Made by a program: the position numbers and the translations under genes
NCBI GenBank assembly: GCA_937996705.1
Contig: CALKUQ010000018.1
Coordinates: 8,400 to 72,399, forward strand
Source of the DNA: an uncultured Chlamydiae bacterium
GTDB lineage: Bacteria > Chlamydiota > Chlamydiia > Chlamydiales > 2-12-FULL-49-11
DNA: 64,000 bases
Direction: 5' to 3'
Notes under the pieces: generated by a model
The model's input: only the letters and a program-made list of their open reading frames with translations
Databases searched by the model: none
What the model was told of the DNA's origin: nothing
Shown: one piece after another, positions 18,026 to 26,682 of the stretch
How the letters are laid out: every line of letters begins with the position of its first letter
How positions within the stretch are numbered: the stretch's first letter is position 1

Positions 18026-18802
18026 CTAGATCCCAAAAAAACGAGAAGAGTTTTCGGTAGTAGCTTTACAAACCTCTTCTAAGGGAATCCCTTTTGTGAG
18101 AGCTATTGTCTCTGCAATCTCACCCACAAAAGCGGGTTCATTAAGAGCTCCCCGTTTTGATTGAGGAGCAAGATAGGGAGAATCGGTCTCAATCAAAAGT
18201 TTTGAGAGGGGCAGCTGTTTAAAAACATCTCTTAAAGCGACACTTTTTTTAAACGTCGCAATTCCGCTCATTGAGATGTACCAACCTCGCTCCAAAGCTT
18301 GTTCTGCTTGCGCTAAAGTTCCTGTAAAGCAATGGAGAACGGCACGAATATTTTGAGGAAATGTAAAAAGATCGGCAAAAGCATCATCCCCTCTACAATG
18401 AATCACAACAGGAAGATTCACATCTAAAGCCAAATCAAAATATCTCTTAAGAAATTCGGTTTGAATCTCTTTTTTCGAATGAGCATAGTAGTAATCAAGA
18501 CCTACTTCACCGACTGCAACAACATCCCCCCCTCGAATCGCTTTCTCAAAGAACCCAAAATTTTCTTCTCCCTCTTTTTCTACATCATGAGGGGTGGTAC
18601 TTAACGTATTAAAAATTTGGGTGGGATATTTTTTTTTTGCTTCGAGGGCCCTTTCAAAAGTAGAGCGATCGGTATTAATATTTACTATTTTACTCACCCC
18701 TGCAAACGTCGCCCTTTTAACAATTGCATCGATTTGGGGATAGAGCTCGTCTGAGGTGAGGTGTGCATGTGAATCTATCTTGACAAAGCCACTCTCTTTC
18801 AT
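18026..18802 (-). CDS. tatD: TatD-family metal-dependent hydrolase/DNase
   Basis: IDSHAHL N-terminal motif and the later H/D/E ligands (VIHCR, LHCF, ETDSPYL). Confidence 0.9.
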   Translation of the reverse strand: MKESGFVKIDSHAHLTSDELYPQIDAIVKRATFAGVSKIVNINTDRSTFERALEAKKKYPTQIFNTLSTTPHDVEKEGEENFGFFEKAIRGGDVVAVGEVGLDYYYAHSKKEIQTEFLKRYFDLALDVNLPVVIHCRGDDAFADLFTFPQNIRAVLHCFTGTLAQAEQALERGWYISMSGIATFKKSVALRDVFKQLPLSKLLIETDSPYLAPQSKRGALNEPAFVGEIAETIALTKGIPLEEVCKATTENSSRFFGI

Positions 18803-18804
18803 GT

Positions 18805-19527
18805 ATGAATTACCTTATGTATTTAGTTGCAACTAACGTAATTTTTCAAGCCTACGCTGAATCAGATAGTTTTGGCAAACTGATCTTCATAACGCTTTAT
18901 GGACTCTCTCTAATCATTTGGTTTGTGCTGATTCAAAAAGCACTTCTTTTTCAAAAGTGTCGCAAAGCTGCCACTAAGATGCAAGAAAAACTCAAACAAA
19001 AACAGACAGGAATACTTCAACTACATCCCAATGAGCTATCAGGAATAAATCCTCTTGGGAATATTTACCTTACCCTGAAAGAAAAAACGGTTGAACTCTT
19101 AAATAAAAATAATTTTTTTGCAAAATCAGAGACTGTTTTTCTCTCCGATGCAGATATCTCTTTAATAGAAGCAATCACCTACAACTCAATTTGTACAGAA
19201 TCTAAAAAGTTAGAAAAAAACCTATTTATCCTTTCTACTTCAGTCTCTCTTGCCCCCTTTATTGGAATTTTAGGCACTGTATGGGGGATATTAATCTGCT
19301 TAGCCGAAATGCAAAAAGGGGGAGCTGTCCACTCCAATAATTTGATCTTATCAGGTCTATCTATGGCACTTGCAACAACGGTATTAGGCTTAGTGATTGC
19401 TATCCCTGCACTTATTTCACACAGTTATTTAAAAAATTCCCTAAAATCATTCCAAATTGATATGGAAGATTTTAGTAACCTGCTTTTATCTACAATTGAG
19501 TTGCAATACAGAAAAGTTGTCACATGA
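18805..19527 (+). CDS. tolQ: MotA/TolQ/ExbB proton-channel protein
   Basis: Three TM segments and a C-terminal GLSMALATTVLGLVIAIPALISHSYL motif. First gene of the tolQRA-tolB-pal set. Confidence 0.85.
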   Translation: MNYLMYLVATNVIFQAYAESDSFGKLIFITLYGLSLIIWFVLIQKALLFQKCRKAATKMQEKLKQKQTGILQLHPNELSGINPLGNIYLTLKEKTVELLNKNNFFAKSETVFLSDADISLIEAITYNSICTESKKLEKNLFILSTSVSLAPFIGILGTVWGILICLAEMQKGGAVHSNNLILSGLSMALATTVLGLVIAIPALISHSYLKNSLKSFQIDMEDFSNLLLSTIELQYRKVVT

Positions 19528-19943
19528 GACGAAAGGCCCTATTTTCTGAATTTGAAAGCGATGGCGAACTCATTAACCTAACCCCACTCCTTGACGTCCT
19601 ATTTCTCATTTTAGTCTTTTTTATCCTCATTGCCCCCATGCTCGAATTTGACAGAATTGAACTTGCCCCCTCTTCAGAAAATAAGCAAGAATTTGTCGCT
19701 GTTCACGAAACCGCTGCAATCAAAATTTACGTACAGCAAGATAACTCGATTTGGCTAAGCACGCACAAAGTCTCCCTTTCAGATCTTGGCATCGCCCTCG
19801 ACCAATACTACAAATCCAATCCCAAAAACATCCCTCAACTCTACCAAGATCAAAACGCCTCTTTTGGCACCTACCAAAAAATTAAAAACCTCGTTGAATC
19901 CATTGGCTTTGACCAGCTAGATGTCGTCTTAAAAACTGAATGA
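19524..19943 (+). CDS. tolR: TolR/ExbD biopolymer transport protein
   Basis: INLTPLLDVLFLILVFFIL single-TM motif typical of ExbD/TolR. ATGA coupling to tolQ. Confidence 0.85.
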   Translation: MRRKALFSEFESDGELINLTPLLDVLFLILVFFILIAPMLEFDRIELAPSSENKQEFVAVHETAAIKIYVQQDNSIWLSTHKVSLSDLGIALDQYYKSNPKNIPQLYQDQNASFGTYQKIKNLVESIGFDQLDVVLKTE

Positions 19944-20509
19944 GCAAAAATTCAAAAATATGGTTAGTTGTGATTGCCATCCATGCGGTGGGCGGATTGT
20001 TTTTAACTACTACCTCGTTTAGAGAAAAGAGGGTAGAAAAAAAATTGGTAGTGGTAACAAGGCAGATGGTTGTTGAAACACCCAAAATTCTGACTACAAA
20101 TATTGTTCCTAAATTAGAGAAAAAAAGCATTGCCCCTGTGGCAAAAAAAGTGGCCACTAAAAAACCTACAAAAGCGCCCACAAAGTCTTCCAAACAAGTG
20201 CTAAAAAAAATTGATTCGCGAACCCAAAAAAAATACACACCACCTGCACAGGTAGTTGAACCTCCCGCTTCTCACTACATTGATATCGCATGCCATGTCT
20301 TTCAAAATGAACTCTCTCTACCTGAAAAAGGGGAGGTTAAATTAACTATTACTGTACAACCAAATGGGAAGATTGTTAAAATAGAAGAGATAAGTTTTGA
20401 GAGCAAAATTAACCTAGATTATTTATTGACAGTGTTACCTACGCTGTCTCTGCCAATTCCTGAGAGGGGAAAAGATGTTTCGTTTACTATTGTGTTTTGC
20501 AATGATTAG
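19940..20509 (+). CDS. TolA/TonB-like energy transducer
   Basis: N-terminal TM (IWLVVIAIHAVGGLFL), a Lys/Pro/Thr-rich linker (KKVATKKPTKAPTKSSK) and a C-terminal TonB_C-like segment (GEVKLTITVQPNGKIVKIEEI). Confidence 0.7.
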   Translation: MSKNSKIWLVVIAIHAVGGLFLTTTSFREKRVEKKLVVVTRQMVVETPKILTTNIVPKLEKKSIAPVAKKVATKKPTKAPTKSSKQVLKKIDSRTQKKYTPPAQVVEPPASHYIDIACHVFQNELSLPEKGEVKLTITVQPNGKIVKIEEISFESKINLDYLLTVLPTLSLPIPERGKDVSFTIVFCND

Positions 20510-21815
20510 CCAGATTTCTAGCGATGAAGTTGTGGTTCATCTTCCAACTGATATGGAGTCTTCTTCAACTATTTATCTAGCAGGAATCAGGCCGAATGAG
20601 ACTGCTTATGAACAATCCGTTTTCGAGACTTTACGTAATGATTTAACCCTGTCAGAAAAAAACTGCCTTATTGACATGAGTGAGTCAATGCAATTTTACG
20701 CCCATCATGCAGATCCTCAAATTGCGTTTCAATCTGCAACCTGGAAAGCGCTCCATACAAAATTTGTCATTGTACCTAAAATTGAAAAAAACGCCCTTCA
20801 TGTTCAAGTTTTTGACGTCCAAACTGCAACGCTTAAAACCTTAACTCCAGTTCCCCTTTCCCAAAACATTTTAAAAGACTTACATAGTATTCATAAAATT
20901 TCGGATCTAGTCTCTAAAATTGTATTTGGTAAGCCGGGTATTGCCTCTAAAAGAATTCTCTACTCTTGTCAATCCAAAGATGATAGTGAGAAAGATGCCG
21001 ATTCATGGCGCTCTGAAATATGGGAAATGGACTATGATGGAAGGAATCAAAAACAAATCACACAAGAAGGCAGTTATTGCATCACCCCCACATTTGTCCC
21101 CAATCCTAATCACCCAGAAAACTACTCATTCTTGTATGTTACTTATAAACAAGGTCCTCCAAGAATTTATATCTCTGCGCGAAACAGACTAAAAGGGGTT
21201 CCACTTATTCCTTTGAGAGGTAACCAATTACTACCAAATTTAGCCCTAACACAGGATAAGCTGGCATTTATTTCCGATGCAAGTGGAAGGGCCGATCTTT
21301 TTATCCAACCTTACCATCCTGAAAAAGGGGCTATCGGGAAACCTTTCCAGCTCTACTCATTCCCAAGTAGCGTCCAAGCATCCCCCTCGTTTCATCCAGA
21401 TGGGACAAAACTTGCTTTCGTCTCCGACAAAAACGGGACACCTAAAATTTATATCATCAATGCTCATGAACCTCTGCAAAACAGAAAAACTCCTGAACCA
21501 AGACTTCTTTCAAAAGCAACTCATGACAGCTCATCACCAAGCTGGTCCCCTGATGGGAAGAGAATTGCATTCTGTGCAAAAACAAATGGGATTCGACAAA
21601 TCTGGATTTATGATATAGAAAAAGAAGAGGAGAAACAACTAACTATAGGTCTTGGAGACAAAGAAAATCCCTCATGGGCACCCGACAGTCTTCACTTAGT
21701 CTATAACACAACCTCTCCTACTTATGATATTTACATGATTAATTTAAATAATCCAAATCCTGTCCGCCTCACAGAAGGCCCCGGGATTAAACATTACCCT
21801 GTATTTGAACCGTGA
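20475..21815 (+). CDS. tolB: Tol-Pal system beta-propeller protein TolB
   Basis: Signal peptide and repeated S/P-x-(F/W)-(S/H)-PDG blades (SPSFHPDGTKLAF, SPSWSPDGKRIAF, NPSWAPDS). Confidence 0.9.
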   Translation: MFRLLLCFAMISQISSDEVVVHLPTDMESSSTIYLAGIRPNETAYEQSVFETLRNDLTLSEKNCLIDMSESMQFYAHHADPQIAFQSATWKALHTKFVIVPKIEKNALHVQVFDVQTATLKTLTPVPLSQNILKDLHSIHKISDLVSKIVFGKPGIASKRILYSCQSKDDSEKDADSWRSEIWEMDYDGRNQKQITQEGSYCITPTFVPNPNHPENYSFLYVTYKQGPPRIYISARNRLKGVPLIPLRGNQLLPNLALTQDKLAFISDASGRADLFIQPYHPEKGAIGKPFQLYSFPSSVQASPSFHPDGTKLAFVSDKNGTPKIYIINAHEPLQNRKTPEPRLLSKATHDSSSPSWSPDGKRIAFCAKTNGIRQIWIYDIEKEEEKQLTIGLGDKENPSWAPDSLHLVYNTTSPTYDIYMINLNNPNPVRLTEGPGIKHYPVFEP

Positions 21816-21822
21816 GGATTTA

Positions 21823-22503
21823 ATGAGACTTTACAAAATTTCGTGCTTAATTGCCGTTTCTTTGATTACCACCGGATGTAACACAACGATGTTAGCAAAT
21901 CTTTGGGAGAGTACAAAAACAGGGTTTCGCACAGCTGGATATGCTGGAAAAGCCCTTGTCTCTGAAGATCCAAATTCGAGACTCGTCTCTACCTCAGCCG
22001 AATTTTTCGGATCTTATGATCCAGACTTTATCCCCTTAAGCGACCAAGACGCACACACCTACACGCTCTCTCAAGCAAGGGAAGTCCCTGGAATCCCGGG
22101 AGGTGCAATTCCTGGAATCAGTGCATTTCACTCTCCTTCCAAAAACTTAGAGGCCACGTTTACAAAAATCTATTTCAATACAGATCAACACACCCCCAAA
22201 GACAAAGATGCAATCGCACATATTCATAAAATGGCAACTTTTCTAAAGAAGCATCCGACCGTCTATGTTTTTATTGAAGGCCATACCGATGAGAGAGCTC
22301 CTGAAGCTTACAATCTCTCTTTAGGAACAAAACGAAGCAATTGCGTAAGAAATCTTCTTATCAAACAAGGGGTAAACCCGCAACAGTTATACACAATTTC
22401 CTACGGCAGGGAGAAACCTGAAGTCTCCGGTCATAGCGAAAAATCGTGGGCAAAAAATCGGAGAGTCACTTTTAAACTCTATGATAAGGAAGGAAAGCTG
22501 TGA
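21823..22503 (+). CDS. pal: peptidoglycan-associated lipoprotein (OmpA-like domain)
   Basis: Start moved to the ATG at 21823, which has a GAGGA SD 4 nt upstream. Signal with Cys (SLITTGC). OmpA-C motif IYFNTDQ...GHTDERAPEAYNLSLGTKRSNCVRNLL...NRRV. Confidence 0.85.
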   Translation: MRLYKISCLIAVSLITTGCNTTMLANLWESTKTGFRTAGYAGKALVSEDPNSRLVSTSAEFFGSYDPDFIPLSDQDAHTYTLSQAREVPGIPGGAIPGISAFHSPSKNLEATFTKIYFNTDQHTPKDKDAIAHIHKMATFLKKHPTVYVFIEGHTDERAPEAYNLSLGTKRSNCVRNLLIKQGVNPQQLYTISYGREKPEVSGHSEKSWAKNRRVTFKLYDKEGKL

Positions 22504-23006
22504 AAGCACTCTCTTTTCTCCCCCTTATCCTGTTCACTGCTTGTGCGAGTATCGGAAACACCCCGAAATCTGAAAAGCACCAAATGGAGATGACCCTTCA
22601 CAAAACAAGATCTGATCTTGAGGAGGCCAAGCACGATCTTCACACTCTCAAGATGGAACTTGCGATTCTTGAAGGAAAAATGGTAAACCAAGAAGACCAA
22701 ATGGCTGGAATTAAAAAAGAGACTTTCGATCTCCACCAGACAAAGCTAGAAAATTGCGCCACACAAATCGGCCAACTAGACAGAAAACTCTCTCACGTTG
22801 AATTAAAACAGGAAGAAATTTTTATTCAACTTCAAAAAATTGCAGGAATAACAAGCGAAATGTCAAAAGCGCTTGCCCAAGGGAAAGAAAAGGTCAACGA
22901 ATTAGAGCGCAACATTGCCTCTCAATCAAAATCGGGACCAGAACTTGTTCGAAAGCTCTCCAGAGAGAGTCAAAAAAATGAAGAAATTCCAAATTTGGCC
23001 CCCTAA
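22500..23006 (+). CDS. coiled-coil lipoprotein occupying the cpoB/ybgF position of the tol-pal operon
   Basis: GTG start overlapping the pal stop (GTGA). Lipobox-like LILFTAC. The remainder is heptad-rich (EMTLHKTRSDLEEAKHDLHTLKMELAILEGK...). No TPR. Confidence 0.6.
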   Translation: MKALSFLPLILFTACASIGNTPKSEKHQMEMTLHKTRSDLEEAKHDLHTLKMELAILEGKMVNQEDQMAGIKKETFDLHQTKLENCATQIGQLDRKLSHVELKQEEIFIQLQKIAGITSEMSKALAQGKEKVNELERNIASQSKSGPELVRKLSRESQKNEEIPNLAP

Positions 23007-23746
23007 TGTTAGGAATATTTGATTCAGGACTTGGAGGCTTAACCCTTTGGAAAGCAATCAAAGACCTTTCGGAGAAAAGCTCCGTTGTATATTTTGGAGA
23101 TAGCTCAAGAAATCCCTATGGGAATTTGACCAAGGAAAAGCTCTTTGTTTATTCCAAAGAGGGCCTTGATCTTTTACAAGAGCTGGGATCTAGCCATATT
23201 GCGATCGCCTGCCATACTGTTTCAACAACAGTACTCCCTCTACTAAGAAACTCTTCAAAAGTCCCTGTTTTTGATATTGCTTCCCACTCCCTACAACTTC
23301 TTGAGCCCTTTAAAAGAATTGCAATTATTGGAACAAGAGCAACCATTACCTCAGGCTATTACCAGAGGGCGCTTGGCGAAAGAATCGTCTCGGCAACCGC
23401 TTGCCCCGATTTAGTCCCCATGATTGAATCAGGGAACATCTCCCTAAGTATAATAAAAAATTCTTTAAATGAAGTTGACCTTAGCGCTGACATCCTTTTT
23501 TTAGCCTGTACACACTTTCCTTTAATAAAAAATGAGCTCCAGCTTCTCCTCCCCCAAATTTCTTTATTAGACCCTGCACCCTCCTTTGCAAAAAAACTTA
23601 TTCCTATAACAGTAAATGGATTGGATAAATTTTACACCTCAGGCGATCCTGCAAAATTTCATAAATTTGCCACTTTTTTTACTAAAGGCAAAGAAGTTGC
23701 TTTCCCTTTTCTGATAAAATCTTTATACTCACCTCTAATTTCTTAA
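23006..23746 (+). CDS. murI: glutamate racemase
   Basis: GIFDSGLGGLT, the first catalytic Cys in IAIACHT and the second in LACTHFPL. Confidence 0.85.
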   Translation: MLGIFDSGLGGLTLWKAIKDLSEKSSVVYFGDSSRNPYGNLTKEKLFVYSKEGLDLLQELGSSHIAIACHTVSTTVLPLLRNSSKVPVFDIASHSLQLLEPFKRIAIIGTRATITSGYYQRALGERIVSATACPDLVPMIESGNISLSIIKNSLNEVDLSADILFLACTHFPLIKNELQLLLPQISLLDPAPSFAKKLIPITVNGLDKFYTSGDPAKFHKFATFFTKGKEVAFPFLIKSLYSPLIS

Positions 23747-23770
23747 TTTATTTAGGAGCGGATCTCACTT

Positions 23771-24532
23771 ATGAGTCAAAAAAAAAGAATACTTTTAATT
23801 GAAGACGAAGAAGATATTGCAGCTTTAGTAAAACTTCAAGCTGAATTGAGCGGCTATAAACTCCATGTGGAAGTCGATGGAATTAATGGGTTTAGAGCAA
23901 TTGAGAGGGAGAAGCCCGACTTAGTAGTACTAGATCTTATGCTCCCTGGCCTAAATGGCTATGATTTGTGCAGAAAAATTAAAGCAACTCCTGATTTAAG
24001 AAATATCCCTATTATTATTTTATCCGCTAAAAGCGAAGAACTTGATGTTTTATTAGGCCTTGAACTAGGGGCTGATGACTATGTAGCAAAACCGTTCTCA
24101 CCTAAAATTTTAATTTCAAGGATTCGAGCAGTTCTTAGACGGGGAAAAGAGAATGAGAAAAACGCAAAAGTCGTTACATTCGGCGAATTTACCCTCGAAG
24201 TTGACCGTTATATCCTCAGAAAAAATGAAAAAACGATAGCTCTCACCCTCTCTGAATTCGGCATTTTAAAAAGACTCTTATTCAATAGAGGTAAAGTTCT
24301 TACTCGAAATCAGCTTTTAGATGATATTCATAATGATGATGCGTTTGTAGTGGATAGAAATATCGACGTACACGTAGCAGCACTTAGAAGAAAACTGGGC
24401 CCTAATTTTGATTGGATTGACACAGTTCGTGGAGTAGGCTACAGATTTAAAGTTAGCCTCAATGAAACTGAAGAGGATGATCAGGACAGAGAAGAGGAAG
24501 ATGCTGAAGCAGAATTAGCAAGCATTAGCTAA
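23771..24532 (+). CDS. OmpR/PhoB-family response regulator (canonical receiver) with an acidic C-terminal tail
   Basis: Receiver residues are intact (IEDEED, VVLDLMLPG, ILSAK, AKPF). Winged-helix TVRGVGYRF. The last 25 or so residues read NETEEDDQDREEEDAEAELASIS. No kinase gene nearby. Confidence 0.85.
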   Translation: MSQKKRILLIEDEEDIAALVKLQAELSGYKLHVEVDGINGFRAIEREKPDLVVLDLMLPGLNGYDLCRKIKATPDLRNIPIIILSAKSEELDVLLGLELGADDYVAKPFSPKILISRIRAVLRRGKENEKNAKVVTFGEFTLEVDRYILRKNEKTIALTLSEFGILKRLLFNRGKVLTRNQLLDDIHNDDAFVVDRNIDVHVAALRRKLGPNFDWIDTVRGVGYRFKVSLNETEEDDQDREEEDAEAELASIS

Positions 24533-24561
24533 AACAGTTTCTTGTTAGACAATATTCAAAA

Positions 24562-24597
24562 AAAGACTCAAATAACTTTTGAGTCTTTTTTATTTTT
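24562..24597 (+). terminator. Rho-independent terminator closing the tol-pal-murI-response-regulator transcription unit
   Basis: AAAGACTCAAA (24562-24572), loop TAACT, TTTGAGTCTTT (24578-24588), then a T-rich tail TTTATTTTT. Confidence 0.7.
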
Positions 24598-24699
24598 ACA
24601 AAAAATATAATAAAATGTTTTTATAAATAACTTGAGTTTTAATTAATAATCTGTTTTTTATAAGGAAGAACTGAATAATTAATAAAAAGGCAAGTTTAT

Positions 24700-25068
24700 A
24701 TGAAGCTTTTTGGAATTGTCTTAAGTACCCTATTTCTACTCTCATCATGCTCTTATAACGGACAAAATGAGACCGTTACTAAGCCAGAACAATCCAAGCT
24801 TTCCCAAAAAAATAGTTTATCCCTACCCGAAGATGACCTCTTATTACTAAAGGAACATGGGCCTCAAATTTTGAAAAAAATCACCGAGACAACGCCTATA
24901 AGTATAGATGAGGTAATTTTCCTTCAGCAGCTTGGTTTCACATCCGACATTTTGATTCGACTAATCAGTCACACAGGGAGTCGATTTGAGCTCACAACAA
25001 GCGATGTGTTACGACTTCAAGCCGAAGGGGTCCCATTTAAGGTAATCAACTACATGATAAGGACTTAA
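24700..25068 (+). CDS. lipoprotein with a duplicated C-terminal helix motif
   Basis: Lipobox LLSSC. The C-terminus carries two copies of an (I/L)(S/T)x(D/S)(E/D)V..L...G(F/V)....I motif (ISIDEVIFLQQLGFTSDILIRLI and LTTSDVLRLQAEGVPFKVINYMI). Confidence 0.7.
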   Translation: MKLFGIVLSTLFLLSSCSYNGQNETVTKPEQSKLSQKNSLSLPEDDLLLLKEHGPQILKKITETTPISIDEVIFLQQLGFTSDILIRLISHTGSRFELTTSDVLRLQAEGVPFKVINYMIRT

Positions 25069-25070
25069 AG

Positions 25071-25493
25071 ATGCGCAGCTTAATCTATCCTTTCCTCTGT
25101 CTAACACTATTATCTTGCGAAACTAAAGCAGGAAGTGGCGCCCTTATCGGTGCTGGAGGGGGTGCAATTATCGGCGGAGCTTTTGGTGGGGGAACTGGCG
25201 CGCTTATCGGAGCAGGAGCTGGGGCTGTTGGCGGCGCAATAATTGGAGCTGCTTTAGACGCCTCCGATAGAGAAAAATTGGATGAACAGACAAGAAATCG
25301 ATATGATTCTGGAGAGCCTCTAACCGTAGATGATGTTATTAAAATGCACAAAGCAGGAATAGAAGATGAAAAAATTATTGGGGCACTTCAGGGAAATGGA
25401 ACTTATAGCTTAACTTCTGACGATGTAGGAAAACTAAAAAAAGCTGGCGTCTCAAAAAAAGTAATTAAAGCAATGAGAGAAAACAGAGTATAA
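25071..25493 (+). CDS. glycine-zipper lipoprotein, paralogous at its C-terminus to 24700..25068
   Basis: Lipobox TLLSC and a Gly-zipper (GSGALIGAGGGAIIGGAFGGGTGALIGAGAGAVGGAIIGAAL). It has the same duplicated motif (LTVDDVIKMHKAGIEDEKIIGAL and LTSDDVGKLKKAGVSKKVIKAM). Confidence 0.75.
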   Translation: MRSLIYPFLCLTLLSCETKAGSGALIGAGGGAIIGGAFGGGTGALIGAGAGAVGGAIIGAALDASDREKLDEQTRNRYDSGEPLTVDDVIKMHKAGIEDEKIIGALQGNGTYSLTSDDVGKLKKAGVSKKVIKAMRENRV

Positions 25494-25585
25494 AAAAAGT
25501 TTAGAAAAATATAAAAATTTCGATTGAGATTATCTTCCGTTTAGATAATTCTCTAATGAAAACTTCAAGTTTTGAGAATAAATAG

Positions 25586-26614
25586 ATGGCAACATTTTAT
25601 CAAACTGAGCAGCCCGAGACCTTTCAAGTTCACGAATATGCTGAAAAAATTGAGCATGAGGGCTTTCAAGTTTTTTCTAAATTTCGTCAAATCTTAAATT
25701 CGTACACGTTTTTTCATGTCTCTTTTATTCTTGTAACGGTTATTGAAGCTCTAATATTTTCAATATCGATTTTAAGCTATTCAGAGTCTATTGCTTTTAT
25801 CACATCGCTTGCCAGCTTGGTCCTTACAATTTTCTCTTATCTCATTTTGAATTACTACTTTCAAGGTAAAAAAAGTGAGCAATTTACCCAGCTACGCACC
25901 CAGTTTATCCAATCTTGCAAAAAACATATCCTCCCCTCTCTCACAGAGGAAGAAATTCATTTAGCAATGGCAAAAACTGCATTTCAACTTGCCCACATGC
26001 TTTCTGAAAAACGAATTTATGCACTCTCCCTCCCCCCTTTTAAATTCTTTAAATCCTTCTTTTTAAAAACCCGTTTTATTTTTCATTTTAAAGATGTTCT
26101 CCTCATGCAAGAACTATTTATCCAACTTTCTCTCGATGAATATGTCCACACTCTCCTCTCAGAACCTACCGACTTAGCTATTCACACTTCCCTTGCAAAT
26201 GTTTATATGACGCTTTCAAAAATGTATGAAAGATCTCCTGAACTCTCCTCTTTCATTTCAGACAAAATTTTCGTAAAACTGAATTTACCAGAAAAAATCG
26301 AACTAGTTACCAAAAGCGCTATAGAAGAACTAAAAATTCTTGATGAACTTGCGCCAAATGATCCTTGGACTCACGCCCAACTTGCTAGCTGCTATCACCA
26401 ACTAAAGCGGTGGGATGACGAACTTTCTGAGTACGAAATTCTTGCAAATCTTCGCTCCAAGGATAAAGAAATTCTACTTCGTCAAGGAGTTCTCTATTTT
26501 AAATTGGGTAAAACGGCAAAAGGGCTTCTTACTTATGAAGCTTTGAGAAAAATTGATGCAAAATATGCTGGTCATCTGCTCTCTCACTACCACTCCTTTA
26601 AAATTACTCAATAA
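25586..26614 (+). CDS. membrane protein with a bilobed hydrophobic domain and a TPR-like C-terminus (Inc-like architecture)
   Basis: About 41 hydrophilic N-terminal residues, then two 24-aa hydrophobic lobes separated by SES (FFHVSFILVTVIEALIFSISILSY-SES-IAFITSLASLVLTIFSYLILNYYF). The C-terminus is TPR-like (AQLASCYHQLKRWDDELSEYEIL...). Confidence 0.65.
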   Translation: MATFYQTEQPETFQVHEYAEKIEHEGFQVFSKFRQILNSYTFFHVSFILVTVIEALIFSISILSYSESIAFITSLASLVLTIFSYLILNYYFQGKKSEQFTQLRTQFIQSCKKHILPSLTEEEIHLAMAKTAFQLAHMLSEKRIYALSLPPFKFFKSFFLKTRFIFHFKDVLLMQELFIQLSLDEYVHTLLSEPTDLAIHTSLANVYMTLSKMYERSPELSSFISDKIFVKLNLPEKIELVTKSAIEELKILDELAPNDPWTHAQLASCYHQLKRWDDELSEYEILANLRSKDKEILLRQGVLYFKLGKTAKGLLTYEALRKIDAKYAGHLLSHYHSFKITQ

Positions 26615-26682
26615 AATTAAAAATTTCATTTGTTCTATAAGAGACGAATTGTATAATCAGCTAAAAAAATATTGGTGATTGT

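Noticed and set aside
19882-20238. 118-aa minus-strand ORF antisense to the tolR/tolA-like genes, and the 88-aa ORF 25085..25351 antisense to the glycine zipper
   Set aside because: They arise from low-complexity Lys/Thr/Pro- and Gly/Ala-coding sequence, which stays open on the opposite strand. The sense genes have clear family features.
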